In this document: piece after piece, positions 21,582 through 35,650 of the stretch
Numbering within the stretch: position 1 is the first letter of the stretch
Layout: each line of letters starts with the position of its first letter
Assembly (NCBI GenBank): GCA_010093745.1
Contig: MU005971.1
Location: 248,128 to 307,400, forward strand
Origin: Piedraia hortae CBS 480.64
Taxonomy: Eukaryota
Reading direction: 5' to 3'
DNA length: 59,273 bases
The notes under the pieces: generated by a model
Database searches by the model: none
Told to the model about the DNA's origin: nothing
Seen by the model: the letters and a program-made list of their open reading frames with translations, nothing else
Position numbers and translations under genes: made by a program

Positions 21582-24500
21582 AGTAAGGAGAAGGATGTTA
21601 CGGCGAGGCGGTGAGTGCGCGGGATGACCCGTGCAGCCTAAACGCAGAGGGAATTTCATACACCGACGCGCCCTGTCGGTTGTTCATAGCTACGCTCGCT
21701 ACCGCGCGCGTAAGGACGGCGCGTCTGGATTGGTTTATAGTATCCTAGCTTCCCAGTAGATAGGAGTTCCGATTGTCCTCGTTGTTGGGACTCATTGAAC
21801 CTTTTCCTCTGAGCACCGTAACAAAGGAGAGTAAGGAGAGGGGCAATGGAGACGGCATGTAGGCTTTTTGTCGATAATGAAAGGCGGATGGCTGTGGTAA
21901 TGGGTCACTGTCGCTGAAAGTTAGATGAATGAAATCGGTCATGTGCCTTAAATGGTAAAGAACATTCCACGACCATAACGCCCTCACGGCCATTCATTGA
22001 CTGCATGGCGGGCTGCTCTCGTTGTACAGATTAAACATCTCGCTCCCAGATCGTACCCTCACCCATTCAAGAGGCTGGTATTAGCAAAGTACTTGCACAA
22101 CTCTACCGTTCAGGTATAAGTTGATACATCCAATAGTCAGGTCTATTTTCACAGCCGCAAACATATCTTGTGGCAGGAGCAATGGCGTAGTTTCACCGAT
22201 TTTATCAGCAAGATTGTCCCTTTTTCTTGTCGATTTTGCTGTTTCCCGTTTGAGGCCATCTTGTCATTATTTTCAGTCGGCCACAACCCCAAACTTCATC
22301 TGGCTGGTGCGAATCCAGATACCCTTAACAAGCAATTGGGAAATCTGCTAAGAACAATAGCAGATGTCCCACCAAGCCATCTTCCCCACGTCAGCGCTAA
22401 TCGTTCCTCTAAGGTGGAAGAAAAACTCAATATTAGCCGCACGTTAAGGAGTCTCGTTTCGAGCCCCCGCCTCCAAGGAAGGATGAGGCGGGGTACAATG
22501 ACCCCGCATAGCTCGTCCCAGTATTCAAGTGTTTCTCCCTTCTTTATCGGGGTAAGATGAGTTTGTTGGACATCGTCGTGTCTCAAGAAGTGCAAACACC
22601 TCCTTAAGCTCATAGCAAACTCTCATGTAGCTGTCGGCAATATAATCAACGACACCTCGGTCTGGAATAATTGGTTTGATCATTTCTCAGTAGTCTAAAT
22701 TAATTTGTGCGTGTAAAAAGTTATAGCAATGGCGAATGTTGTAATTAGACTGCTTCGCAGTATATTCACGTCCAAATGATTCAAATCACCGAGCGATTAA
22801 CTCCCGCTTTGTCGGGCCTTTTTACTTCCAGGTGTTCAAGTTTCCCATCTTTACTCAAGAAATATCTCCAATTCAACCTCAGAAATAGCTGCACATCCCC
22901 AACAAAAAAAAAGTGATCCACCTTTCTATTGAAACACATACGTCGCCCAGCCAACATCCATCACGCAAACGATCCCAACATCCACTTGCCTGATCCACTC
23001 CTCTCCAAAAAAAAAGAAAGGAACAAGAAAACCCCACAACCTGACAATTCAGCAAATTTTCAGCAGATCGTGAAAGACATCATTGTAGCACCCTACCCTT
23101 CACATATCCAGCGGACAAATGAGAATTATTTCCGATGCAAATACATATGGGATCGTGCTGAGTTTTCCCTCGGCGGTGTTTTTGTGGGCGGGGACTTGTC
23201 ATAAGTGAGGTTGGTACAAATCAGCTGATGGGGTGGAGTGTTGAATGCTGACGAAGGGGATTTGGTGTTGGGAGGGAGGTGTAAATATGGGTTGTAGTAG
23301 GATTTTCTGGGAGCGCCAGGCGGATAGTTTGGTCTATGTTTACTAAATAGGGGTGGAGATGAGATGGGGGGTTGGTGCAAAGCTCGGCGCTAAGAAAAGT
23401 CCACTGAAGTCTGAAACTTTTTGCCGAAGAATCAGTCCCGAGCTAAATGATATAGCTGTCCGCGAAAAGATTTCGCTCACTACGTGGTCGCTCAACGAGC
23501 GCAATGTGTCTGCCATCTGCTCGACTTTTAAGGACCGGCAGGATACGTATTTCATCCTCATCATTCCCATTGGTGAAGATGATCATCTGTAATCCGTCCC
23601 CACCATTCCCATCATCAAAACTCCCCAACTAAATCGCCTCTCATTTCTCCTCCGATCAACTAAACCCAACAACGCTGAACGCCCTCTCCTCAAAACCCCG
23701 CGCCACCCACCGAGTCAGTATCTCCCAAATTCGCCCCAACCCCCAGCTCAACCATGCCTATTATAATCCCCACCTTGAGCCAATACACCGTTCCTACAAT
23801 CGGCATGCACGAGGAATCCTGACCCAAAGGAGAAGGCTTGAACACTTCTCGAGTTGGACGTGCATGTTTGTTTTGTGAGTCGTGTTTGATTCACGCATTG
23901 GGTATGCATTTTAATCAATCATGCTCCCTCCCTGTTGGGAATGACTTGCGGAAAGGTTTTACTCCATCCACGATGCGGAAATGGAAACTACAATACTTTC
24001 CTTACGCTGATAGGTCTCATGCGTGTCGTTGTCCAACTTCGTTTCGTGCCCAGGTTGTATACCTTGGCTACGAGCTTTGAATCATCATCCCTCCCTTGTT
24101 GAGCATATTTTACAGGAAAATTTCATCTCATCTCCGCTCGGGATTTGGAAACTTACAGTCACGGACTCATGCATGGCTCTCATTGCCGCCCAGGGAATGT
24201 ACCGATTCGTTACACGCCGAACTCGCGTACATTGGGTATGCTCATGGGTAAATTTCATCCTCTCCTCCCTACTCAGAACTTAAAAAACCACCCAATACTT
24301 TGCAGACTTCTGGCACTCGGTGATCCCGCAGGAAATGTATCGTTTTGTGTCATGCCAAGCTCGTAGAATATACCTTGTGTATGAGGTTAGATGAACCCCT
24401 TCCCCATCGAGGATAACCCATTAGCAAGTGTTTACTCCATCGGCGGCTCTGGGAAACTACAATTATCTTCTCGATTCGTCAAACCAAGCTTGTTTGCGTT

Positions 24501-24776
24501 GGGTATGTTATGAGTTTTGCGTTGATGATGCAATGATATCACTCGCTGACGGGTTTCGCCCAGGCCGCTCATATGGGAGGAACATTTCACTCAGCTCGCG
24601 ACTCGAAACTTGAAACATACTTAATTCTTGGCAGCAGTGGACTGATGACTCAGTGATCCCGCAGGGAATATATCGTAAAATCTCACTCGACACGAAACAT
24701 CTACAACACCACCATCCTCACAACCAAGTATTGAAGCACTGCACACATCAAAAAATGATCATTACCTATCTACACT

Positions 24777-27105
24777 CTACTCAGCCTCCTGAATTTCCGC
24801 GGGATCCTGACCCTCTGCATCCGCGGGTGCATCTTCCATCGGCATATCTTTATCCTTATCCTTATCCGCCGTCTGCTGCTGCTGCTGCTGCTGCTGAGCT
24901 TTAGCAGCATCCTCAGCAGCACGTTTCTCAGCAGCGGCTTTCTCTGCTGCTTTCCGACGAGCATCTTCTTCCTCTTGACGTTTATCGTTGAATCGCTGCA
25001 CGATAGGTCCGGCAGCTGCACGGAGCTCCTCGATCTTGGCAATGTATTGCGCCTTGGTCGCGTCTTCGCCGTCTTCGTATAGCCAGTCCTGGATGATATC
25101 GTTAGCGAGGGTTTGATTAGGAGGGTGATATGGCATACCTCAAGTTTTTCGCACTTTTCCTTGACAGCAACTTTTTCGCTCTCGCTGGCGAACTCGGCAT
25201 AGCCACCAGACGAGTACGGCTCATCGACCTTGTTGCGGACAGAGTAGATTTCCGTCTCTAGTTCATTTTTCTTGTCTTCTGTATCGGCCACCAGTTTGTC
25301 ATCGCTGACCATCTGGCCTTCTTTTTCGGTGTATTGGTCAACAAGGTCATGACTGAGCGATGCCGTGCCGACAGAGAGAGCTAAGTCTCCCTTGCGAATT
25401 TGCTTCTTAACCTTGCGCGTCTTGGGGGCCGGCGGCTGGTCTTCGCCCTCGGCAGTCTGTAACCATATTAGCCTAGACACACAACAATATTCATGTGTAT
25501 GACTAACCTCCTGCTCCTTGGGCTCGGGCACAGGCTCCTCAACCTCCTGTTCCTCCACATAGTATCCCTGCTCTACATTCAAGATCCCGTGAAGGTTGAG
25601 ACGAGCTTTGAGCTTGCAAATCATAAAATCATTACTCTCATCAGGATGGACACCTTTTACGCTGAAGCGCCCGATCCAGGGGTTCATCTTGCCCGGCAAA
25701 ATGTCGGGCTTTGCATACCTGGCCTCGAGATCAAACGGCTGTTTTCGGTAAAAGGTGAGAATCTTAGTCGATGGCATAACGTTGCCCTTGTTGAAAACAG
25801 TGAGGCTGGTGTCTTCATCGGGAATGTCGGGCGACTTCTCCCAGGTAAACTCAATGGGATAATACGAGATATCCTGTATGCTAAAGTCTCGCACACGGAA
25901 CGTCGGAGATAAGATGGCACAGCTAAACGCACAGCCCCGTGCGACGGCCTCGTCGGCGTTGAGGGTGAAGCTGAGCGATTTGCCACCGAAGAAGTTCTGA
26001 ATGGCTGCTTTAAGAGAAGGAACACGCGTGCAGCCGCCGACGAGCTCGATGTAGTCAACATCGTCGGGCCTCAGCTTGGCCTCATCCAGCGCCTGTTTGA
26101 TCGGGGCTGTGGCGCGCTGGAGAAGGGGCGCAACAAGTTCTTCCAGCTCATCGCGCTTCAAAACCGCGCGCACATCAACATCATTCATCAGAGACTCGAT
26201 GCTGAGCGGGGCGCTGGCGTTGGCAGAAAGCACCTTCTTCAGCTTCTCAATAGCAGCCGCCAGACGCACGCGGGCCTTTGGGTTCTCAAAAACGTCGATT
26301 TTGAACCGCTGCTGAAAATCTTCACGGAAATGCTTCATAAGAGCTTGGTCAAAGTCGCGGCCGCCAAAGTGACGATCGCAAGCCGTGGCCACAACCTTTA
26401 GCTCGCCTTTACGGAACTCGCAGACGGAGCACGTATAGTTGCTGTGACCAATGTCGACAATGACCGTCCGCCGAGGCTTCTCCTCTGGCGCGGGCAAGTC
26501 CAACTTTGTGATGCCGTAGCCCAGAGCCGTGGCCGTTGTCTCATTAATCAGCCGCAGCACTTTGATACCCGCAATGGAAGCTGCATCAAGGATGATGCGG
26601 CGCTGGGCATCGGCATACCAGGCGGGAACAGCAATGACCATGTCACTGACGGGCAGCTTAAGCTCAGCGGCGGCCGTCTGCTTTACGCGCGTGAGAAACA
26701 TGGCGCACAACTGGGCAGCAGAGAAGCGCTGCTTCTGGCCTTGGAAGGTGACTTCTGCGCCGACGGAGCCATCGACCTCAACCAACGGAGCGCTGACATG
26801 CTCCTGCTCAATCTTGACATCGGGATCGTTGATGGAGCGGCCGGCCAAACGCGTGAGAGAACCAACAGTATTTTTCAAATTGGACACCTCCTGCGTCTTG
26901 GCCGCCTCGCCTAGATAACGACAGCGGGGTCCAAAACCGACCAGGGACGGCGTTGCACGGTTGGAGACTTCGTTTGCGATAACATCTACGCCCTTGTTGC
27001 GCGCAACAGCCTGAAACTGTCAGCCAAGCTGTCGAAATGAATTGATACAGTTCTACTCACAATTACAGCATTCTGAGTCCCAAAATCCAGGCCTACGACC
27101 GACAT
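24777..27105 (-). CDS. HSP88: Hsp110-family chaperone Hsp88/Sse1
   Basis: MSVVGLDFG..., [29 protein letters not shown] and [10 protein letters not shown]. Introns at 27060-27011, 25507-25457 and 25138-25089. C-terminal polyQ. Confidence 0.96.
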
Positions 27106-27182
27106 TTTTGCGTGTTTGAGCTGGAAACGCAGGTGACGTTGGATTTAAATTTCTCCCATGACGACATAGAGCAATCACGTGG

Positions 27183-27197
27183 CTTCGCGAACCTTCT
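27183..27197. promoter_or_regulatory. Heat shock element (nTTCnnGAAnnTTCn) in the HSP88/SPE3 bidirectional promoter
   Basis: cTTCgcGAAccTTCt, about 80 bp upstream of the HSP88 ATG. Confidence 0.75.
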
Positions 27198-27253
27198 ACC
27201 ACCTTCCGCACACGCACACGGGAGAAATTTTTTCCAATTTTAAACTTCCATTC

Positions 27254-28189
27254 ATGGCCTCCCTCACCCACCCAACCATCAAGGATGGGTGGTTCCATGA
27301 AATCAGCGAAATGTGGCCAGGCCAGGCCATGGCGTTGCGAGTGAACCAGATTGTGCACCACGAGAAGAGCAAGTATCAGGATATCTTGATTTTTGAATCA
27401 ACCGACTATGGCATGGTCCTTGTCCTGGACAATGTTATCCAATGCACCGAACGCGATGAATTTGCCTACCAGGAGATGATCACCCACTTAGGCATGTTCT
27501 CGCACCCTAATCCCAAGCGCGTGCTCGTCATTGGCGGTGGCGACGGGGGTGTGCTCCGTGAAATCGTAAAACACGAGTGCGTTGAAGAGGCGGTACTCTG
27601 TGACATCGACGAAGCCGTCATCCGTCTTAGCAAGAAATACCTCCCTGCTATGAGCATTGGATTTCAGCATCCCAAAGTCAAGGTCCACGTCGGAGACGGG
27701 TTCAAATTCCTACAAGACTACAAGAATACCTTCGACGTCATCATCACAGATTCCTCTGACCCAGAGGGACCCGCGGAGTCACTGTTCCAAAAGCCCTACT
27801 TTGAACTCCTCTTTGGCGCGCTGCGTGAAGGCGGCGTAATCACCACCCAAGGTTGTAAGCCCTTCCCATCAAACCCACCAGGGGCCGTATAGAACTAACA
27901 TTTTACCACAGCCGAGAATCCCTGGCTCCATCTGAAGATGATTGCCGATCTCAAAAAGTCGTGCAAAGAAGTCTTCCCGGTAGCCGAGTACGGCTGGACG
28001 ACAATTCCAACCTATCCCTCCGGCCAAATCGGCTTCATGGTTTGTACAAAGGACAAAACCCGTGACGTGACCAAACCTCTCCGGACCGTTTCGGCGGAAG
28101 AAGAAGACGAACTATTCAAATACTATGGAGCTAAGGTCCACGAGGCAGCGTTTGTCCTACCCAAATTCGCCGAAAAGGCACTGCGATAG
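27254..28189 (+). CDS. SPE3: Spermidine synthase
   Basis: [31 protein letters not shown] and [10 protein letters not shown]. One intron ending at 27911 (donor 27855 or 27852). Confidence 0.97.
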
Positions 28190-28286
28190 TTCATTAGTCT
28201 CAAAACACGACTTCCATGACCTCTAAAACTACCATAAATCTATTCCCCCACAAGAACATTCCCCACAAAAATCAAAAGTAGTGTAA

Positions 28287-31200
28287 CTAACCCCGTCCCA
28301 GCAAACTCCTCTGCGCCCTATCCTCCACACGAGGCATAGCCTCCACGGCAGCCACCGTCCTCGGCGCCCTCCTCCTAACCTCCCCCACACTTCCCCCAGA
28401 CCCCTTTTCCCTCTTCAACCCCTCCAGCCTCCCCAACCTCAACAACGACGCCCCCAGCGCCACAAAAGTGCGATACTGCGGCCCCTCCCCCCCTACCCTC
28501 TGCTTACGAATCCACTCGAACCCCCTAGCCACATCCCCCTTTCTCATCGAACCATACCGCCCCCTCTTCGCCCATCCAGGGAAGTTTGGCATTAAAAAGT
28601 CCTCGCAGAGGGTGAATGCTAGTAGCGTCAAAGGAGGGTAAGCGAGCGCGAAGCAGCGGATGAGTGCGTTCCAAGTGCGGAAGTCGAAACGGTAGCCTTG
28701 CGAGAGGAGAGTTGCGGTGAGGGTGATGAGGTCACTGTAGCGCGATTGGGCGGAGAGGGATGTTAGGAGGAGGCGGAAGGGGCGGGTTAGGATATATGCC
28801 CTTGCTGGGCTGATTTTCTGAGGAGGCCGGTGGATGTTTGGGTGGGGAGGGAGGGAGGTGTAGGTGTCCGCTTGGGATTTTATCATGGACCAGCAGTTGT
28901 CGAGGGCGGAGTAGTTTTGCTGTTTGAGGTGGGAGGACATGATGGATGTGAGGAGGGAGATGGGGGTTCGGAGGTCAGGAGATGAGTGGGAGTGGTATTT
29001 TGAAAAGAGGGATTGGGCGGTTTCGATGCAGTTGTTTCGGCCGTGGATGTGGACGAGTAAGTTGAAGTAGGAGGCTTTGTATTGCGATCGGTCGTCGATG
29101 CGGCTGAGTTCGGGTTGGGGTTGTTTGAGGGCGATGTCTCGTCTTCCATGCGAGGAAAGGATGAGATCGAGGGCTTGGAGGGCGCGTTTCGCTGGTTTGC
29201 CTTGTATGGCGATGTGGGTGTTGCCTGGGTGAAGCTCGAATTGGGCTCGGGCTTTGAGGTAGGCGTTGTTGCTGCTGATGGATTTGCGGATGTTTAGGGC
29301 TTCCATGACATTGTGCACGGATAGGGCTTCTTTGTACATCCGTTGTCTAATATACCCGTTCATGACGACGGAGTAGTTGAATGCAACAGGCTCAATGTCG
29401 TGCTCGTGCCACATGCGGCGTAGAAGCCTTCGGGCTTCGTTTGTCATTCGTCTGTTGATCAAGACTTGCATGAGGGCAGCAAAGGTGAAGGCGTCTAGAG
29501 GGATATTCTCTGTCTTCATTAAGGTGAACCATCGCTTGGTGGCTTCCATGTTCCCACGAAGCGCATTGGCAGTGAGGATTATGTTGAAACACATTGTCAA
29601 CGGACCAGTAACCTTGCCGCTCTTGACTTGGGGGATCAGCTGGCGCAGGATTTGCTCGGCCTTTCCGACTTTATCACTCTTTACGTGTGCTGTCAAGAGG
29701 CTCCCATATAGATGAGTTGTAGGCTTCTCGGTTGCTTTCTTATCAAACCGTTCCCATATAGCCTTGACGCCATCAACATCTCCCCGGCTGGCCATCATTT
29801 CCATGACCGGATGAAACAGTTGGGGGGCCGGGTCCATACCCTTGTCCAGCAGAGAATCAAGCGTTTTAATTGCACCCTCCAAGTCATCAAGGCACGAATA
29901 GGCATGAAGCAGAGAGCCGCCACATTTATTCGGGACAGCTTTGCCATTTTCAGCCGCCACTCTGCACACTCCTTCAAACGCTGCCCGAGCACGATCCAAA
30001 TCCCTTATCCGAGCATGGATGTAAATTTGCGTCCACAACATGTCCTCCAGGTGACCGTAGCCATTGAACTGCCCCTTTAGCCGTCCTAACCAGTGTTCAT
30101 ACCGATCCACCATGCCATTCCGCGCGTACCAGACCATGAGATGCTTTATCGCAGCTTCACCCAGCTGACCGTGCTGCTGAACCCAGTCGTTGACGAGTTC
30201 TTCTACAGTAAGACTATTATGTCGCTGCCTCGGAATATCCTTATTGATATTCGCAACAGGCATTTCATGGTTATGCCAGTACTTTGTCAGGGCTTCCAGA
30301 AACGCCATATTTAAAGGCTCCGGGATTTTATGATCCGGAATCTGGCGAAGCTGAAAATAGATGCGAGACACAATTGAGTGCAGCAACGGGTAGCAATTAT
30401 TGCCATACACCGTATCAGCCGAGACGATAGCCCGGATCAAGTCCTCGTAAACGCCAGCGTCTTCATTGCCCATTTTATGCAAGTAACGGAATAGATCACG
30501 GATTTTCCTTTTGGGCAATAATACAGCTTCGAATGAAGGCCGTTCCTGGACGCTGTCGGAGGCTTTGAACTCCTGCACCAACGCAGCAGTAAAGAATTTT
30601 GCACAAAAGTCCTTGACATCGCTGCCGGCCGTCCGGGCCATGACGAGTCTTTCTAGATAGGCAGCTAGTCTTAATGCCTTTGGCAAAAGGTGGGGGATGC
30701 TTGTGAGTAGCTTCCAGAAATTTGTCTGTTGTGCGTCTGTTCGTCTTTGCGAAGCCACTCGGTGCACCACTTCTGCCTTCATTAGCAGTTGACATCTCTC
30801 CCGCAGCAGAGCCCATTGGAGGAAGCTGCTGACTAGCGGGTCTACTTTGAAGTTGTGCTCCAACGCTTCGCGAAAAAGGGTAAAGGCCTGGGCCTCGTGG
30901 TTTCTATGAATAAGTCCACTTAATTGGGCGCGGTAGGCTGTAAAAGTGCGTTGCTGCGGTGGAATGGAATGGTAAAGCTGGAACCTGCGGTCCCAGATAT
31001 CGCTATTCTCAAACCTGGACAACCAGCTGAGGAGTTTGATCTTCAGCCCGACGTCTTCTCGCGCGGAGTGTGGCAAGGAGTCGTAAAGGGCGAGAGCTTT
31101 GTGGGCCGATTCAAGGGCATCCTTAGAATTCTCTTTTCCTCTAGGCCTTTCAATTATCGTGTTGAGTGCATCCCAGAGTTCCTTGGACTTGTCTGGCTCT

Positions 31201-31586
31201 TCTGATTCATCCTTGTGTCTCAGCACAGGCTTGGGAATGGGACGCAACACGGCCATCACCTCGGCCCTTTCATCGCGCTGCAGCTCTCTCTTAGCCGTCA
31301 TGGGATTTGTGCGAGGGACAGACGCATAGCCTCGAGAGATGTTCAAAGACTTCAGATTCTTCTTCTCCCATCTTAACTGTCGCCTTCTTTCGGCGCGTCC
31401 AATGAGAGCAATTGCATGCGGAGGATAGAGGAAATCCAGAAATACGTCTTCAGTCTGAGATCCAGCATCCGCCTTGTCTGCATTACCGGCGCCGTGGTGC
31501 CAGAAGGAACCGCTGAGATCGCGGAAACTCCTCAAACATTTCCTTTGAACGGCGGTTGGAAGGCGTCCTCTCGTACATTCCAGCAT
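28287..31586 (-). CDS. Mitochondrial pentatricopeptide-repeat protein, CYA-5/Pet309-like COX1 mRNA factor
   Basis: N-terminal FWHHGA...FLDFLYP and multiple PPR motifs (TFAALMQVL, NYSVVMNGY, TWNALI). 1099 aa. Confidence 0.8.
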   Translation of the reverse strand: MLECTRGRLPTAVQRKCLRSFRDLSGSFWHHGAGNADKADAGSQTEDVFLDFLYPPHAIALIGRAERRRQLRWEKKNLKSLNISRGYASVPRTNPMTAKRELQRDERAEVMAVLRPIPKPVLRHKDESEEPDKSKELWDALNTIIERPRGKENSKDALESAHKALALYDSLPHSAREDVGLKIKLLSWLSRFENSDIWDRRFQLYHSIPPQQRTFTAYRAQLSGLIHRNHEAQAFTLFREALEHNFKVDPLVSSFLQWALLRERCQLLMKAEVVHRVASQRRTDAQQTNFWKLLTSIPHLLPKALRLAAYLERLVMARTAGSDVKDFCAKFFTAALVQEFKASDSVQERPSFEAVLLPKRKIRDLFRYLHKMGNEDAGVYEDLIRAIVSADTVYGNNCYPLLHSIVSRIYFQLRQIPDHKIPEPLNMAFLEALTKYWHNHEMPVANINKDIPRQRHNSLTVEELVNDWVQQHGQLGEAAIKHLMVWYARNGMVDRYEHWLGRLKGQFNGYGHLEDMLWTQIYIHARIRDLDRARAAFEGVCRVAAENGKAVPNKCGGSLLHAYSCLDDLEGAIKTLDSLLDKGMDPAPQLFHPVMEMMASRGDVDGVKAIWERFDKKATEKPTTHLYGSLLTAHVKSDKVGKAEQILRQLIPQVKSGKVTGPLTMCFNIILTANALRGNMEATKRWFTLMKTENIPLDAFTFAALMQVLINRRMTNEARRLLRRMWHEHDIEPVAFNYSVVMNGYIRQRMYKEALSVHNVMEALNIRKSISSNNAYLKARAQFELHPGNTHIAIQGKPAKRALQALDLILSSHGRRDIALKQPQPELSRIDDRSQYKASYFNLLVHIHGRNNCIETAQSLFSKYHSHSSPDLRTPISLLTSIMSSHLKQQNYSALDNCWSMIKSQADTYTSLPPHPNIHRPPQKISPARAYILTRPFRLLLTSLSAQSRYSDLITLTATLLSQGYRFDFRTWNALIRCFALAYPPLTLLAFTLCEDFLMPNFPGWAKRGRYGSMRKGDVARGFEWIRKQRVGGEGPQYRTFVALGASLLRLGRLEGLKREKGSGGSVGEVRRRAPRTVAAVEAMPRVEDRAQRSLLGRG

Positions 31587-31742
31587 ACCCCGTACCGAAA
31601 TCTCTTCCCGTCGTCGGTGAGCCGTCCCAGATGTTTCCCGACGTTGGCCGCAAATTGCTGAGTAAGCGATAATGAACCGTTATTCATGACGCACGTTACT
31701 CACCAATTGGAATTCAGTCGCGCTAATGCAGGCTCTCTGGCG

Positions 31743-31758
31743 ACGCGCCAGGACGCGT
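31743..31758. promoter_or_regulatory. MCB (MluI cell-cycle box) pair upstream of MCM3
   Basis: ACGCGC at 31743 and ACGCGT at 31753, just before the ATG of a replication gene. Confidence 0.55.
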
Positions 31759-31781
31759 CTTTTACCAAGGGAGACACCACC

Positions 31782-34339
<2,558 letters not shown>

Positions 34340-34521
34340 CTGGTAGATGATGACTCTATTTGAACTACAGTGGGCTGTAAATGAGGTCAGCTGATTTCAA
34401 AATATCCTGGCGCGAAAGTGTGCCCATCACCCCATTGGTTGACCGGCTAATCCCCGGCCCGCGCACTTACCCCCCCCCCCAAAAAAAAAAACCTCCCCAA
34501 ACCCTATCAACGACAACAACA

Positions 34522-35622
34522 ATGCCGACCCCATACGCCCTAAACGACGCCCAAACCCTCAAAGCAGCCTCTGCCCTCCTCTCAAAACTCCACTCCACCG
34601 CCCCAGCCAGTAAACCTAGCGCGCACCTCCCAGGGAGCACAACCCAAAACCTCCTCTCCACGGACGGAGAAACCCCCTCCGAGGTATCCATCTGGCTAAT
34701 CCTCACCACCAAAACCCACATAAGTGACACCAAGCGCCTCAAACCTGGCAAAATAACCCTCCCTTACACCCTGCACGGAGACTCCGACCTCCGCATCTGC
34801 CTCATAACTGCCGACCCACAGCGCAAGTACAAAAATCTCCTCGCCTCGTCCCCTTTAATAAAAAAGGTCATCGGCCTCGAAAAGCTCAAAGCGAGGTATA
34901 CCTCTTTCGAATCCCGACGCCAACTGGCGGGTGAATATGACCTATTCCTCGCTGACGATAGGGTAATAACTTACCTCCCCGCTATCCTGGGGAAGGTGTT
35001 TTACAAGTCCGGCACGAAAAGGCCTGTGCCTGTATGTTTGATGGGGAGGAGGGAGAATTTTGATGAGAAAGGACACAAGAGGAAGAGGTTGGTGGAGGGG
35101 GGGGAGAGGGTTACTAGGAAGGAGGTTACGGGGGAGGAGATTGAGAGGGAGGTGAGTAAAGCGGTCAGAAGTGCGGTTGTACACCTCGCGCCGAGTACGA
35201 CTACGGCTGTTAGGGTCGGGCATGCGGGGTTGGATGCTGCGCAGGTAAAAGAGAATGTGACGACTGTGGTTGAGGAGTTAGTGGAGAAGTGGGTCCCGCA
35301 GAAGTGGAGGGGTGTTAGGGCTATTCACATCAAGGGGCCTAACACGGCGGCGCTGCCGGTTTGGTTAACGGATGAGTTGTGGATTGGGGAGGAGCAGGTT
35401 TGGGAGGAGTTGCCGAGGAAGAGGAAGGTGCAGGATGAGCAAGAGGATGGTGGAGGGAAGAAGAGAAAGGTTGATGATGGGAAGGCTAAGATGAGGATGG
35501 TGACAGAAAGGGGCGAGGAAAAAGATATGGCAACGGAAAAGGCGCTGAAGAAAGCGATGAAAGCGGAACGGAGCGAGCGTAACGCTCAACTCCAAAAGTC
35601 GAAGCGAGATGTTCGGGTCTAA
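34522..35622 (+). CDS. Ribosomal protein L1 domain ribosome-biogenesis protein (Utp30/Cic1/RSL1D1-like)
   Basis: ICLITADPQR, YDLFLADDRV, LGKVFYK and HIKGPNTAALPVW, with a basic C-terminal tail. Start taken at MPTPY. Confidence 0.88.
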   Translation: MPTPYALNDAQTLKAASALLSKLHSTAPASKPSAHLPGSTTQNLLSTDGETPSEVSIWLILTTKTHISDTKRLKPGKITLPYTLHGDSDLRICLITADPQRKYKNLLASSPLIKKVIGLEKLKARYTSFESRRQLAGEYDLFLADDRVITYLPAILGKVFYKSGTKRPVPVCLMGRRENFDEKGHKRKRLVEGGERVTRKEVTGEEIEREVSKAVRSAVVHLAPSTTTAVRVGHAGLDAAQVKENVTTVVEELVEKWVPQKWRGVRAIHIKGPNTAALPVWLTDELWIGEEQVWEELPRKRKVQDEQEDGGGKKRKVDDGKAKMRMVTERGEEKDMATEKALKKAMKAERSERNAQLQKSKRDVRV

Positions 35623-35650
35623 GGAACCCCGTCGGCCGTGTGGCTTGCCG

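Noticed and set aside
21745..24700. Short ORFs and coding-like fragments (one vaguely GST-like near 23040-23200)
   Set aside because: No motif is strong enough to assign; probably decayed genes.
34381..34521. N-terminal extension of the L1-domain ORF from ATG 34381 (similarly for SUI2, SPE3 and PMS1 in the ORF track)
   Set aside because: It runs through promoter sequence and homopolymers; the conserved N-termini begin at downstream ATGs.
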